Virus record (IMG/VR): IMGVR_UViG_3300025300_000071
Coordinates: 1 to 28,867 of that record
Direction: 5' to 3' (one strand)
Length of the DNA stretch: 28,867 nt
Source of the DNA: a virus
Taxonomy: Duplodnaviria > Caudoviricetes
Every line of letters starts with the position of its first letter. Within the stretch, counting starts at the first letter, position 1. Shown here piece after piece: positions 8,899 to 19,036 of this stretch. Below the pieces are notes generated by a model that worked only from the letters and a program-made list of their open reading frames with translations, searched no databases and had not been told where the DNA came from. The translations under genes and the position numbers were made by a program.

Positions 8899-11800
8899 AT
8901 GGGATTAGAAACCACTCCAGATGGTCGTCAAGTTTGGCTACCTGATGATTTATCTGAGGAGCAAAAATTAAAAGCTCTGGAGAATTATATTGCCAACACT
9001 CCCCTTCAGGTTGAAGAGGAAGTGGAAGAAGAGGTAATTGAAACTCCTGATGAAGTGGTATCTGAAGAAGTTATTGAAGAAGAATTCATACCTCCTGTGG
9101 GAAAAGTTCTTTCTGAAGATGAGAGGGGAAAGTTACGAACTGATTTGAAGATTGGTCCTGTAGAAGAGGGCGGATACGAACAAGCAGAATGGTTCGGAGA
9201 AACTACTAAAGCAGAAGGAGAAGATTTTTGGAGTCTTTTAGGTAAATCCTTTACTGGAGCCAGAACTGTTCTTGAAGAATGGTCCCCAAGGGGAGAAACT
9301 ACTTTAGATAACTTAAAGGAAATGGCTTTTCAGATTGACGCACTTGAAAACGAAGATGCCGAATTAAGAATGAAGGACATTCGAGGCACCTTAACAGATG
9401 ATGAGAGTTTACGTCTTCAAGAAATAGACAAGATATTAAATGGAAGCGGTAAGTCAGATGATGAAATAAAAGCAGATATAGCTGAAAGAATTACCTCGTT
9501 GCCACCCAGTTTTGAACCCAACATATACGGAGGAGCAGACCTTACCCAATTTGGCATTGAGGTTGAGAAGCAAGAGAAGGGACTTTATAAATCTTTAGAA
9601 GAACGGGGTATTGAGTCGGCTCGTAGATCAAATGCTTTAGCTGAAGCTGAACTAAGTAATGCTTCTAAGTATATCTTTACCGCAGGACAGGGAAGTTGGG
9701 AAAACACAAGGGAAGCTTTTCGTGATTTGACTGCTCCTCAAAAAATGGATTTTATGGGTGATGTGGTGGGGATGTCTGGAGCATCTACGCTTTTAATACT
9801 TATGGCTAGTTTTGGAACTGCGGGTGCGTTGCGTTTAGCAGGTTATTCTGGATTGACAAACTTTCTCGGCACAGGATTAGCAACAGGGGCAGCTTCTTAT
9901 GGCGTAGAAAACGTACATTCTTTTTATGAATATCTTAAAGCAGAAGGATTGGACGTAACTGATCGTAATTCAATTATTGATACCTTTAATAATGAAGAAC
10001 TCATAGAAGAAGCAGAAGATTATGCGAATACCAGAGGCTTGATAATTGGTTCCATTGACGGATTAACAGGTGGTTTAGCAACTAAAATCATGGCTCCTAC
10101 AATAGTAACTAGAAGTACCAGAGGCATCATGCCTTATATTTATAAGCCTACAGGAGCTACCTTACCCAGAGCAGGTTTCCGAGCAGTAGGTGATACTCCT
10201 TCTCCCGCCAATCGCTTTATGACAAATTTTGCGTTACAAACTCCCGCACAAGTAGCTCTTCCAGCAGGAGCTGAATACTTTGCCCAGTTAGCTACTTTGG
10301 AAGAAGGACAATTAATTAATTTTGGAGAAGTATTAGCGGAAGGTATCGGTGAATTTGCTTTCGTACCTGCTGATATATCCTTGGGTATGGTTGCTACCGC
10401 ACAGGCGTATAAGAATTATTCACCTAAAGAGGAATCAAATAGAAAAGTAAACAAAGCTGTTAATAGGAGGATGGAACAAGCCAAGGATAAAGGATTGGGT
10501 CATTTAGCCCATAAGGGGGATGCCGTTCTTGATCCCCAAAGTAACGATAGCATCATACGAACTACAGGAATTCCTTTCTTTGAAAGAGCTTGGGATGTCT
10601 ATAATCAATACTGGGACAGTATTCCTACATTTGCTAAAAGCAGTAAACCAAACCTTATAGCCCCTAATCAGTTTTATGTAGGTGCTGACGGTCAGGGCGG
10701 TTATCAGATAAAGGATAGCCATGACAGAAAGGTGGGCGAATCCTTTGCAACAGAGGAAGAAGCTGCGGGTGTATCAGGTGCTTTCAATATCATCAGCCAA
10801 TCCCGTTATTCTAATGAACTTGTATCAGATACGCTGGAATCACTGGGAATACAAGACAGTGAATTCGGTGTAGAGTTAGGTTCCCTCCTTAACGATCCTT
10901 ATTTCAATACCGTAGAACTGGGTGAATTGGAAACCAATGATATTGGAATTTCAAATCAAGCAGCCTTTGAACGTATATTGAATGCTGTAGGCAGAGATGC
11001 TACCACCTTTGACATACAGGTTATTAAAAAAGCTCTTAGCGAAAAAGACTTCAATATCTTAATGAAGGCTAAAGCTGATTCTCTCAGCGACAGGACACGG
11101 GGTGTTAATTCACCTACGAGAGTCAGTCGTAAAATGTTTGAGAACCTCAAGAAAAAACTCAATGTTAATATTGATACAAAATCTGATACATTCAAGAGAC
11201 TCGCCCAGAGACTCACTGGGGAAAGCAATTACAATAAACTTTCCAATGCCCAGAAATCATTTATCTACTCATTTTTGAGTAGCCTTCCAGCACACGAAGG
11301 GGATACCATTTCTCTCCCCGATCTCACTTCCAGAACTTGGCTTAAAGAAGACTACAGCAGAGTTGTAGATTCCCTCTTTAGCGGCAATCCCCCCACTCTT
11401 AATCACATAGCTAGTATGTTGGGCTTAGACCCTAATAATATAAATAGCAAGCGTACTGCTACCCGTTTAAGAAACGATTTGATTAGTGCTGGAATCATCA
11501 ATAAGAAGGGAACCAAGTACGTTTTGAATAAGGGCGGTGCATGGTCGCTCAACAGACAAACCCAACAAGATTTAGCCACTGATCCAAATGCACAAGAAAA
11601 TCTAAAACAAAATTTAGATTATTTAGAGAACCTGAAAAAAGCGTTGGTGGAAATGAATATACCTGAAATTACTCTTAACGTAGTTCCTATGCTGGATAAT
11701 GAGATAGAAAGGGCACACAGCGTAAGGGATAGCGAGGTAACTGGTGTCTTCAATCCCGCTTTAAGAAAGATTATGTTGGACGTAGTTTCCGCAGTACGGT

Positions 11801-14800
11801 CTGCCAAAAACAAGACTGGTGAGGCAGACGTTACTTGGGGTGCTGTATATGAAGAACTACTAAAAACCCTAGCCCATGAATCTTGGCACGGTGCTGTGGA
11901 TATGGATTTGTTTAGTCCCAGTGAGAAGAAGAATTTCCTAGACTCCATTAAAACCAAAAAAATATCCCGTTCTCTAGTCAATGAAATATTCGGTGGGGAT
12001 AAAACAATGTTTATGAAATTAAGGGACAGGTTAGGTCGTGCCCCGACTTACATGGATGTTGCCGAAATTGTTTATGCTGGCACCACTCCAGAGAACATAC
12101 AAGAAGAAGCATCAGCCATGCTCATAGAGGATATACATGAAGGTAAAAGCAAGGTGGTAGGTCAACCCCGTGCTTTGGCAAATCGTTTTACCAAGTTCCT
12201 TGAAAGTATTTATCGTGGCTTTGATGAAGCTGGATTCCAGACTACAGAAGACATTTACGACAAGCTTATCTCAGGAGAGATAGGGGCACGAACACGAACT
12301 GATGTTACGAAAGAAGAGGTAACAGTAGAGAGTTATGATGAATTCGGCAGACCCCAAGAGACGTATCAGATATCTCGTCCAGCGAGTAGAACTACTGTTG
12401 AAATGGAAAGGCATTACCAACAGACATATTATTCAATGTTATCTGCTGCTACAGGGCAGTCAGTGGATACAGACGACACTTTCTCGGAAGAAGCTGATGT
12501 TACAACTCCCATTCCTACCCGTCCTTTATCAGATATTCCTAATCTAAAATTTAAACTAAGTGAAGAGCAGAGACGACCTACTTCGCTAACTTCCGAGTTC
12601 ACACTTTCTGCCCGTTCTGGTGAGTACGGCAATAATCTCGCCCACATTCCTCAAGTTATTTTTGAGAAAGGCATTATTGGCGATCCTAATATGACTAGAA
12701 GATTTGGTAGGGAAGTACAGAATAAGGAAGTAGGGGCAACTCAAAGTCAACTCTATCAGTACACTCAAGAAAATCTTGCCGAGAAAGGCTTCCCAGAACA
12801 CCCCACTCTCTTTAGAGTTTATGGAGTAGGAGATGTGGACAGAAGCATCTCCACTAACGTAGTTACCAATAACAGGTCAGAAGCGGAAATGATGGCGAAT
12901 GGCTTTGTCAATCCTCCTTTTGAAATCAAGGGCGACAGGTCGAAGATAACTGCATATACGATTGATCGTCCCTCTGTAGTTTTAAATAATGCCATTCTCT
13001 TTGACGGAAGGATTCCAGCTTGGGCACAAGCCGCTTATGAGGGTACTGAATATTTGCACGTTGGTTCAAGCAGATTGATCACAGCACCCAGTCAAGAAAT
13101 AGAATACGAATCCAAAGAACCTCCGACTACTCCAGATAAAAGAATATTTACTACGGGAACGGGTAAAGTTATTCCTGTCCCTCCACGCAAACCTTTCCCA
13201 ATAATGAAGTACAAGCTATCTGGTCTGACGGGAGACTTATTTGATATGGCTGATGCCTATGATCCCGATAAAGCAGCATGGGCAATAGGAACTCCTTTTG
13301 GTTCTGAACTTTATAGTGATGTATTCAATGTATTAAACAAAAGTCCTAACCGTTTAGAGCAATCATTGGATAATCTTAGGAACTCGACTAATAATCCAGA
13401 ATTAACTGAGGCTCAAGTAGATAAAGCAGCACAGGAAATAATAGATATTACACAAGTATCTCTTGATGCTTTCCCGCAACAGATCAGGGTTTACCGAGGG
13501 GGTATTCAGGGTGGTGCAGTAATTGAGTCAGATGAAGTGGTGCCTGTCACATTGAGTCCTGAAGTAGCCAAAGCATTTGCATATATGAGAAAAGATGAAG
13601 TGGGCAGGTTTAGCTTGCAATCTTGGCTAATAGACAAGAGCGAAGTCTTGGTCAATATAGACGCATTTCAGCCTTTAGGTTATTGGGAAAATGAATTATT
13701 AGTAGATGCAGACGGTTTAAGGATTGCTAAAGAAACGGCTGAAGCACAAGGCAGTTTAGATTATGTAGATTACACGGCTCCAGAAACACTCGATAGAGTC
13801 AAAGATATAGTTACCCGATTTATGGGTATGACTCAAGTATCTCTTGATGCTTCCCCGCAACAGCTCAAAGCACAACAGAAAATATTTGCAGAAGAGTTTG
13901 GTCTACCTACTGTGACTGCGACAGAAGAACAAGTTAATAAAACATTAGCTGATTTTAGTTTCCCATTTAATTTCTTTCCAGAAGCATCTGCCAGTGAAAC
14001 CTTATTGCGTGAAATAGGAGAACCCGCCATAAAGAATGCCCCCACATACGCAGAGAGAGAAAGAACAGTACCAAGAAATACTTACCGCTTCCCTTACGGA
14101 GAGAACTTTGCTGAATACATGGCACAACCCGAAGAGAAAAGAAGGGGTAAATGGATTACTGACAGGTTAAAACAATATCCAACTCCTGCTCACATGATAG
14201 GGCAGAAGGTTAAATATAAGTTAGCCTACCCTACTACTGATCAGGAATTTATTGAGAGTAAAAGAAATTTATTAGAGTTATTGGAATCAGGAACCCCTGT
14301 TAATGATCTCATGGAACATCCCGCTATAGTAGAGGGAGAAAGACGCATGATGGAAATTCCCGAAACTATTGATAAATACCTACAAAGGTATGGAGAAAAT
14401 TGGGCACTTAATCCTTCTTACCTAAACAACCGGGAATTTGTTATTGACGGTAAGAAAGTTAAAGGAGTGAAGAATGTTATTGATGCCACTATAAAGAAAG
14501 CAGAAAGCTATGCAGACGGCAGAGTGGGTAATAATAAAATCGCTTGGTACTTTCTAGGACCTCCTGCTGCGGGTAAATCATATTTTGCTGAGAGCGTAGC
14601 AAGAGAGAATAATTTAGCTATTATTGATAATGATGATGTTAAACGCTTTATTCCAGAATACGGAGATGGTATAGGGGCAAATGCGGTTCATAGAGAAGCT
14701 TCTGTATTATCTAGGCTTGCCACACAAGAAATGGTCAGAAGGAATAAAGATATACTTATTCCAAAAGTGGGTGGGATTGGTAAAAGAGCACAAGTTTTAG

Positions 14801-17800
14801 ATGATGTGCGTAATCTAAAAGAATTAGGCTATACAGTTAATATTGCACTTGTAGAGGTTACTGAACCTTTAGTTCAAGCTAGATCATCTTTAAGATTTAC
14901 TCAAACAGGTAGATTAGTTCCTCCTTCTTACATAGCCAGTGTAGGAAATACTCCTACTGACACTTATCATAGGGTAAAATATATAACACATGACGGATTT
15001 GCATGGATAGACAATAATGGCAAACAAAGACAAGAAATCGTTAGAGAGGACACAGGTATCCTACCCGCTTCTATCGGTAGAGAACGAGGAACTCTGGGAG
15101 AAAGAATCAGAGAGACTAGCGACTCTCCTATTCAAGAAGTTGTATCAGAAGCCTTCTCAGAAACAAGAGCAGTAAGTATAGAAGAAGCCATCGAGGGTGC
15201 CAAGGGCATCAACGAAAGGCTTGTCTCTGCGGGGTACACCGCTAAATTCAACCTTAACGCTTCGGCAGATGCAATCCATATTGCCTATACGCAGGAGCTA
15301 ACCAAAGATACTGTAGTAGAAGTACCGAATGCCCTCCGTAAGAAGTATTCTCTTAAGGGTGGCAAGAAATTAGATGAAGTTGCCGAGAGGCTTATCAGTA
15401 GGCTTACCATTAGGGACGAGCTTGCTGAAGATATTACGATAGGGGAAAGTATTTTAAAAGCTACGGAGTTTTTTACTATAGAAAACCTTCGTGAACAACT
15501 GGTGGATCAGTATGCCACATTTGCTACCAGTGAAGCCGTAGCACAAAGAGCAAGAGGTTTTGGTGAGGAACAGCTACTGGCAAGTACCTCTGCTATATCT
15601 GCTTTAATGTTTTCAGATAGATCAGGAGAGATTTGGAAAGGTGCTTTCATGGAAGGCACCGTAGTTTATGATAAGGGTTATGTTCATGTAGCAAAGTTAT
15701 CCCCTATGGACGGCAAACCTGTGATACCCCCTATGGAATTCATGCGTCCTTTATTCAGAAATCCAAATAATTTATGGCTTTGGAATGCTATTAGAGTGGT
15801 AAAACGTGAAACTCGATTTGATCAGGAAGGAAGAAAGATCAGAATTACTGCACAAGACAAGAAAGATGCGAAAAAGATTTTAAAGGAAAATCCTTGGTTA
15901 AATGATGTTTCGAAAGCTTACGACAGGTGGGACAAGCACATTGTTAAATTCTTGGTGGATACGCAGGTACTGGATGAAACAACCGCTAAACAGTGGACAG
16001 CTAATGCAGATTATTTCCCCTTCTATCGTGTACTCGCTATTGACGAAGGAGATGATGTCAGGACGAGGGGACCTCAACTCTTTCGAGGTATGCACCCATT
16101 CGGTAAGAATATATTTATCAAAGCCAAGGGTAGTGAAACCAAGAAAACCCTCGATCCAATAACGGCTATCTCCCAGAATCTAAGGGCAGCTATTGTCTTG
16201 GGAATGAAGAATGTAGCAGCTAACCGAGTTATGAGGAACATGATTGATGCGGGACAGGCAGAGCAGGTTCCGTTAAGTTCCAAGGATTCAAGGGTAGTAA
16301 AGACCAGAGTGGGTGGAAAGAACAAAGCCTTTAGGGTATTGGACAGACCTTTGTTTGAAGCCTTCCAGAATTTTGCTGACGGTCAAATGCCTATGGGTGG
16401 ATTTTTAAGTGCGGCAGCTTTTCCCAAGCGGGTTGTCAGTGAATCCATTACCAGAGTTCCCGTGTTCTGGGCAAAACAAGTAATGAGAGACGGATTAACT
16501 GCGGGATCACTGTTGGGTACGGGTGTCCTGTCAACGGTTTTCCGCTCTATGGGTAATGCAGTGCAATTAGCTAATGGTAAATTATTGGCACAGGTTCCCG
16601 GAGTGACTGAAGAAATGACGTTACCAGAAGGGTATTTTAAATTAAGAAATGCTGGGGTTGTTACCCGTTATGATCAGGTAATTGCTGATTACGAAGATGC
16701 CGACAAGGTAGTTAAAGAGGCTTATCGTCAATCGGGAATACGAAACCTTGCATCGGTGGAAGGCATAAAAGGATTACCTTTCGATATTCTTATGGGTGTA
16801 TGGGATTTATTAGGACAGGGTACTATTATTACGGATACCTCGACTCGCTTAGTGGTATATAACGAAATTTTAAAGGAAACTGGGGACGAAGCTGAAGCTA
16901 TTTTCCAAGCTATGGAAATACTTAACTTTACCCGTAGGGGTAAGAATCGTCTGGTTCAGATTTTATCTACGCTGTTACCCTTCCAGAACCCAAGGTGGCA
17001 AGGGATGGATGTTTTTGCCCGTGCTTATACAGGTACTTACGGTAAGAAAGCTAAAGGGGGTAAACCCCTTACCAAGCGAGAAAGACAAACGGCAGTTTGG
17101 TTCCGAACCGCTATGTTTATGTCACTTACCCCATTGTATTACATGGCAGTCAAGGATTCTGATGAATATAAGGAGATGTCGGAGGAAGAAAGGGAACTGT
17201 ATTGGATCATACCCGGTTTTAAGAAGTGGCTTGGATTCACACCGAGAATACCCAAACCGTTTGAGTTGGGACTTATGTTTGGAACTTTACCAGAAATGCT
17301 TTTACGTTTAATGGATGAAAGAGAAACGTGGCGGGATGTACGGGAAGCCATGTGGCGACAAGCCACAGGCACATTGAAATTGGCACCTTGGGAAATACAA
17401 GCGACTAAACCTGTAGTAGAAGTAGCCTTTAATTATGATTTCTTCACAGGACAACCTGTCGTTTCAGAAAGACCTTCTGCTCCTACTGATCCTAAATTAC
17501 AACGCAGGGCAACTACTCCGAATGCCTATGTGGAGGTAGGAGAAGCTTTGAATATGTCTCCCTTGCAGGTGCAAAAGATATGGGAGGGATATACGGGACC
17601 TTACGGTGCTTATATAGCTATGGTAGCTGACGGTCTGATAACCAATTATGTTAATCCAGATGCTCCGACCAAGCCTTCTACGGGGTGGGAGAAGTCATTA
17701 TTCATTGGTGGTCTGGTTCATCCCGCAGAGTCGAGTGGCTTGGTTAATGAGTTCTATAAATTGCAAGACCTAACGGATGAATTTCTAGCTAATTCAAAGG

Positions 17801-18144
17801 CATTGGAAGATTTAATAGAGGTAGGAGACAAGAGAGCCTATCACTATGACGACATATATCAGCTTCAATATGTGGATACAGTAAAAGACCTTAAAAAAGA
17901 ATTGAATCAAATAGCTTCTCTCGACAAGGGCGAAAATCTTGCAGAGATTAGAGAACTGCAACAACTGATCATCAATGATAACGACAGGACTCCAGAGGAG
18001 AAAAGGGAAATAATCCTCGAAATCAAAAACCTGCGTAATGAATTACTCCGTGAGGCACGAACACTTAGGGTAGCTTTAGAGAAAGGTATGTTTGATCAGA
18101 TAGAAGAATTCGTAGAAGAAAGAGAACGAGACAGAAACAGATAA
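8899..18144 (+). CDS. Giant polyvalent ejection protein: TM region, HExxH metallopeptidase, two ART-like modules, Zeta-toxin-like kinase, LPD38
   Basis: HESWH 11875-11889; VYRG...VTLSPEVAKAFA...ENE 13489-13695; GPPAAGKS 14557-14580 with IDNDDVK and RFTQTGRLVP; C-terminal IPKPFELG and NYDFFTGQPVV typical of LPD38. Confidence 0.85.
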   Translation: MGLETTPDGRQVWLPDDLSEEQKLKALENYIANTPLQVEEEVEEEVIETPDEVVSEEVIEEEFIPPVGKVLSEDERGKLRTDLKIGPVEEGGYEQAEWFGETTKAEGEDFWSLLGKSFTGARTVLEEWSPRGETTLDNLKEMAFQIDALENEDAELRMKDIRGTLTDDESLRLQEIDKILNGSGKSDDEIKADIAERITSLPPSFEPNIYGGADLTQFGIEVEKQEKGLYKSLEERGIESARRSNALAEAELSNASKYIFTAGQGSWENTREAFRDLTAPQKMDFMGDVVGMSGASTLLILMASFGTAGALRLAGYSGLTNFLGTGLATGAASYGVENVHSFYEYLKAEGLDVTDRNSIIDTFNNEELIEEAEDYANTRGLIIGSIDGLTGGLATKIMAPTIVTRSTRGIMPYIYKPTGATLPRAGFRAVGDTPSPANRFMTNFALQTPAQVALPAGAEYFAQLATLEEGQLINFGEVLAEGIGEFAFVPADISLGMVATAQAYKNYSPKEESNRKVNKAVNRRMEQAKDKGLGHLAHKGDAVLDPQSNDSIIRTTGIPFFERAWDVYNQYWDSIPTFAKSSKPNLIAPNQFYVGADGQGGYQIKDSHDRKVGESFATEEEAAGVSGAFNIISQSRYSNELVSDTLESLGIQDSEFGVELGSLLNDPYFNTVELGELETNDIGISNQAAFERILNAVGRDATTFDIQVIKKALSEKDFNILMKAKADSLSDRTRGVNSPTRVSRKMFENLKKKLNVNIDTKSDTFKRLAQRLTGESNYNKLSNAQKSFIYSFLSSLPAHEGDTISLPDLTSRTWLKEDYSRVVDSLFSGNPPTLNHIASMLGLDPNNINSKRTATRLRNDLISAGIINKKGTKYVLNKGGAWSLNRQTQQDLATDPNAQENLKQNLDYLENLKKALVEMNIPEITLNVVPMLDNEIERAHSVRDSEVTGVFNPALRKIMLDVVSAVRSAKNKTGEADVTWGAVYEELLKTLAHESWHGAVDMDLFSPSEKKNFLDSIKTKKISRSLVNEIFGGDKTMFMKLRDRLGRAPTYMDVAEIVYAGTTPENIQEEASAMLIEDIHEGKSKVVGQPRALANRFTKFLESIYRGFDEAGFQTTEDIYDKLISGEIGARTRTDVTKEEVTVESYDEFGRPQETYQISRPASRTTVEMERHYQQTYYSMLSAATGQSVDTDDTFSEEADVTTPIPTRPLSDIPNLKFKLSEEQRRPTSLTSEFTLSARSGEYGNNLAHIPQVIFEKGIIGDPNMTRRFGREVQNKEVGATQSQLYQYTQENLAEKGFPEHPTLFRVYGVGDVDRSISTNVVTNNRSEAEMMANGFVNPPFEIKGDRSKITAYTIDRPSVVLNNAILFDGRIPAWAQAAYEGTEYLHVGSSRLITAPSQEIEYESKEPPTTPDKRIFTTGTGKVIPVPPRKPFPIMKYKLSGLTGDLFDMADAYDPDKAAWAIGTPFGSELYSDVFNVLNKSPNRLEQSLDNLRNSTNNPELTEAQVDKAAQEIIDITQVSLDAFPQQIRVYRGGIQGGAVIESDEVVPVTLSPEVAKAFAYMRKDEVGRFSLQSWLIDKSEVLVNIDAFQPLGYWENELLVDADGLRIAKETAEAQGSLDYVDYTAPETLDRVKDIVTRFMGMTQVSLDASPQQLKAQQKIFAEEFGLPTVTATEEQVNKTLADFSFPFNFFPEASASETLLREIGEPAIKNAPTYAERERTVPRNTYRFPYGENFAEYMAQPEEKRRGKWITDRLKQYPTPAHMIGQKVKYKLAYPTTDQEFIESKRNLLELLESGTPVNDLMEHPAIVEGERRMMEIPETIDKYLQRYGENWALNPSYLNNREFVIDGKKVKGVKNVIDATIKKAESYADGRVGNNKIAWYFLGPPAAGKSYFAESVARENNLAIIDNDDVKRFIPEYGDGIGANAVHREASVLSRLATQEMVRRNKDILIPKVGGIGKRAQVLDDVRNLKELGYTVNIALVEVTEPLVQARSSLRFTQTGRLVPPSYIASVGNTPTDTYHRVKYITHDGFAWIDNNGKQRQEIVREDTGILPASIGRERGTLGERIRETSDSPIQEVVSEAFSETRAVSIEEAIEGAKGINERLVSAGYTAKFNLNASADAIHIAYTQELTKDTVVEVPNALRKKYSLKGGKKLDEVAERLISRLTIRDELAEDITIGESILKATEFFTIENLREQLVDQYATFATSEAVAQRARGFGEEQLLASTSAISALMFSDRSGEIWKGAFMEGTVVYDKGYVHVAKLSPMDGKPVIPPMEFMRPLFRNPNNLWLWNAIRVVKRETRFDQEGRKIRITAQDKKDAKKILKENPWLNDVSKAYDRWDKHIVKFLVDTQVLDETTAKQWTANADYFPFYRVLAIDEGDDVRTRGPQLFRGMHPFGKNIFIKAKGSETKKTLDPITAISQNLRAAIVLGMKNVAANRVMRNMIDAGQAEQVPLSSKDSRVVKTRVGGKNKAFRVLDRPLFEAFQNFADGQMPMGGFLSAAAFPKRVVSESITRVPVFWAKQVMRDGLTAGSLLGTGVLSTVFRSMGNAVQLANGKLLAQVPGVTEEMTLPEGYFKLRNAGVVTRYDQVIADYEDADKVVKEAYRQSGIRNLASVEGIKGLPFDILMGVWDLLGQGTIITDTSTRLVVYNEILKETGDEAEAIFQAMEILNFTRRGKNRLVQILSTLLPFQNPRWQGMDVFARAYTGTYGKKAKGGKPLTKRERQTAVWFRTAMFMSLTPLYYMAVKDSDEYKEMSEEERELYWIIPGFKKWLGFTPRIPKPFELGLMFGTLPEMLLRLMDERETWRDVREAMWRQATGTLKLAPWEIQATKPVVEVAFNYDFFTGQPVVSERPSAPTDPKLQRRATTPNAYVEVGEALNMSPLQVQKIWEGYTGPYGAYIAMVADGLITNYVNPDAPTKPSTGWEKSLFIGGLVHPAESSGLVNEFYKLQDLTDEFLANSKALEDLIEVGDKRAYHYDDIYQLQYVDTVKDLKKELNQIASLDKGENLAEIRELQQLIINDNDRTPEEKREIILEIKNLRNELLREARTLRVALEKGMFDQIEEFVEERERDRNR
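13453..13867 (+). repeat. 34-bp direct repeat pair (13453-13486 and 13834-13867, 32/34 identical)
   Basis: caagtatctcttgatgcttYcccgcaacagMtca; copies are 381 bp apart, in frame. Confidence 0.92.
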
Positions 18145-18165
18145 ACATTGAACGTTCAATATTTA
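18142..18165. other. 24-bp near-perfect palindrome at a convergent gene junction (terminator or operator candidate)
   Basis: taaacattgaacgttcaatattta has one mismatched pair and spans both stop codons. Confidence 0.55.
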
Positions 18166-18407
18166 ACGTCCTTGTCCTCTGCTTCTTCTATAACTTCTTT
18201 GATTTCACTTAACCACCTATACAACTTGTTGTGGTTTTCCTCACTCAAACCTCTTGTAGGATTTATATAAAATTCCCTTACTGCCCTTTCGCTACAACCA
18301 GTGTATTTAGTTATCGAGACATAAGTAAATCCATACTCTTCTATAAGCATCCTAATATCCTGTCGCATCTGGATAGCTTGGATTTCTGGTATGTCTCTAA
18401 GATTCAT
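18156..18407 (-). CDS. XRE-like helix-turn-helix protein
   Basis: GFTYVSITKYTGCSERAVREF...LSEENHNKLYRWL fits an XRE HTH pattern. Confidence 0.65.
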   Translation of the reverse strand: MNLRDIPEIQAIQMRQDIRMLIEEYGFTYVSITKYTGCSERAVREFYINPTRGLSEENHNKLYRWLSEIKEVIEEAEDKDVKY

Positions 18408-18559
18408 CGCCCTTGTCCTCTGTAACGCAGAGACTTACCCCTCATTCTGCGTGTGTGCTTATTCATCGTTGAGGTAGCGATATTTCTGTTCCTGGACTGA
18501 CAAGTCTTTTTAGGAGACTTGTGTTCGTTCATCTTGGTTGGTTGTCTAAATGCTCTCAT
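18404..18559 (-). CDS. Small basic protein ending YRGQGR
   Basis: KKTCQ...STMNKHTRR...YRGQGR resembles a small basic family common in aquatic phages; start chosen at ATG 18559. Confidence 0.65.
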   Translation of the reverse strand: MRAFRQPTKMNEHKSPKKTCQSRNRNIATSTMNKHTRRMRGKSLRYRGQGR

Positions 18560-18854
18560 TGTTTTCTCTATCAGCACATTCCAACGCCATATCGGTTGCT
18601 TCCGCAACCGCCCGCAAAATTACGGCCATTACTTGCGCAGTTTGTTCGTGACTTTTAGCGAAGGACAAATGCACTAATGCCAGGTTATAAAACAAGTCAT
18701 GGGTTGCTTCCCACGGGTTGAAATCTTTACTCTCACTCTCTTTCTCTTTTAATTCTATGTAAAAATCCATGGCTCTAAATATCGCCCTTTCTCCCGCCGA
18801 GTATTTAGGATTGTCACTCATTTTAATAGACACTACTTTTTTTTCTTTGCTCAT
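18546..18854 (-). CDS. Hypothetical protein
   Basis: 102-aa ORF coupled to both neighbours. Confidence 0.7.
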   Translation of the reverse strand: MSKEKKVVSIKMSDNPKYSAGERAIFRAMDFYIELKEKESESKDFNPWEATHDLFYNLALVHLSFAKSHEQTAQVMAVILRAVAEATDMALECADRENNESI

Positions 18855-19036
18855 ATTATATTTGTCCAGTCTTGATTGTTACGCCACTGGCGGATCAGGT
18901 CCTTATCCACGCGCGTGTTCTGTTTGATTAAAGCCTTCGAGCATTCCTCAATGGCTTTTTCCTTGCCGTATTTGGCTTCGATGTCGGGATCGTAAGTCAC
19001 GTCCACATCGTATAGCATCAGTTTAATTTGTCCCAT
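18851..19036 (-). CDS. Hypothetical protein
   Basis: 61-aa ORF with AAGGGG RBS, overlapping its neighbours. Confidence 0.7.
   Translation of the reverse strand: MGQIKLMLYDVDVTYDPDIEAKYGKEKAIEECSKALIKQNTRVDKDLIRQWRNNQDWTNII

Noticed and set aside
13453-13867. DGR template/variable repeat pair
   Set aside because: Only 34 bp with two differences, and no reverse transcriptase in the window
14500-15060. Stand-alone epsilon/zeta toxin-antitoxin module
   Set aside because: The kinase is an internal domain of the 3081-aa ORF and no separate antitoxin ORF is seen
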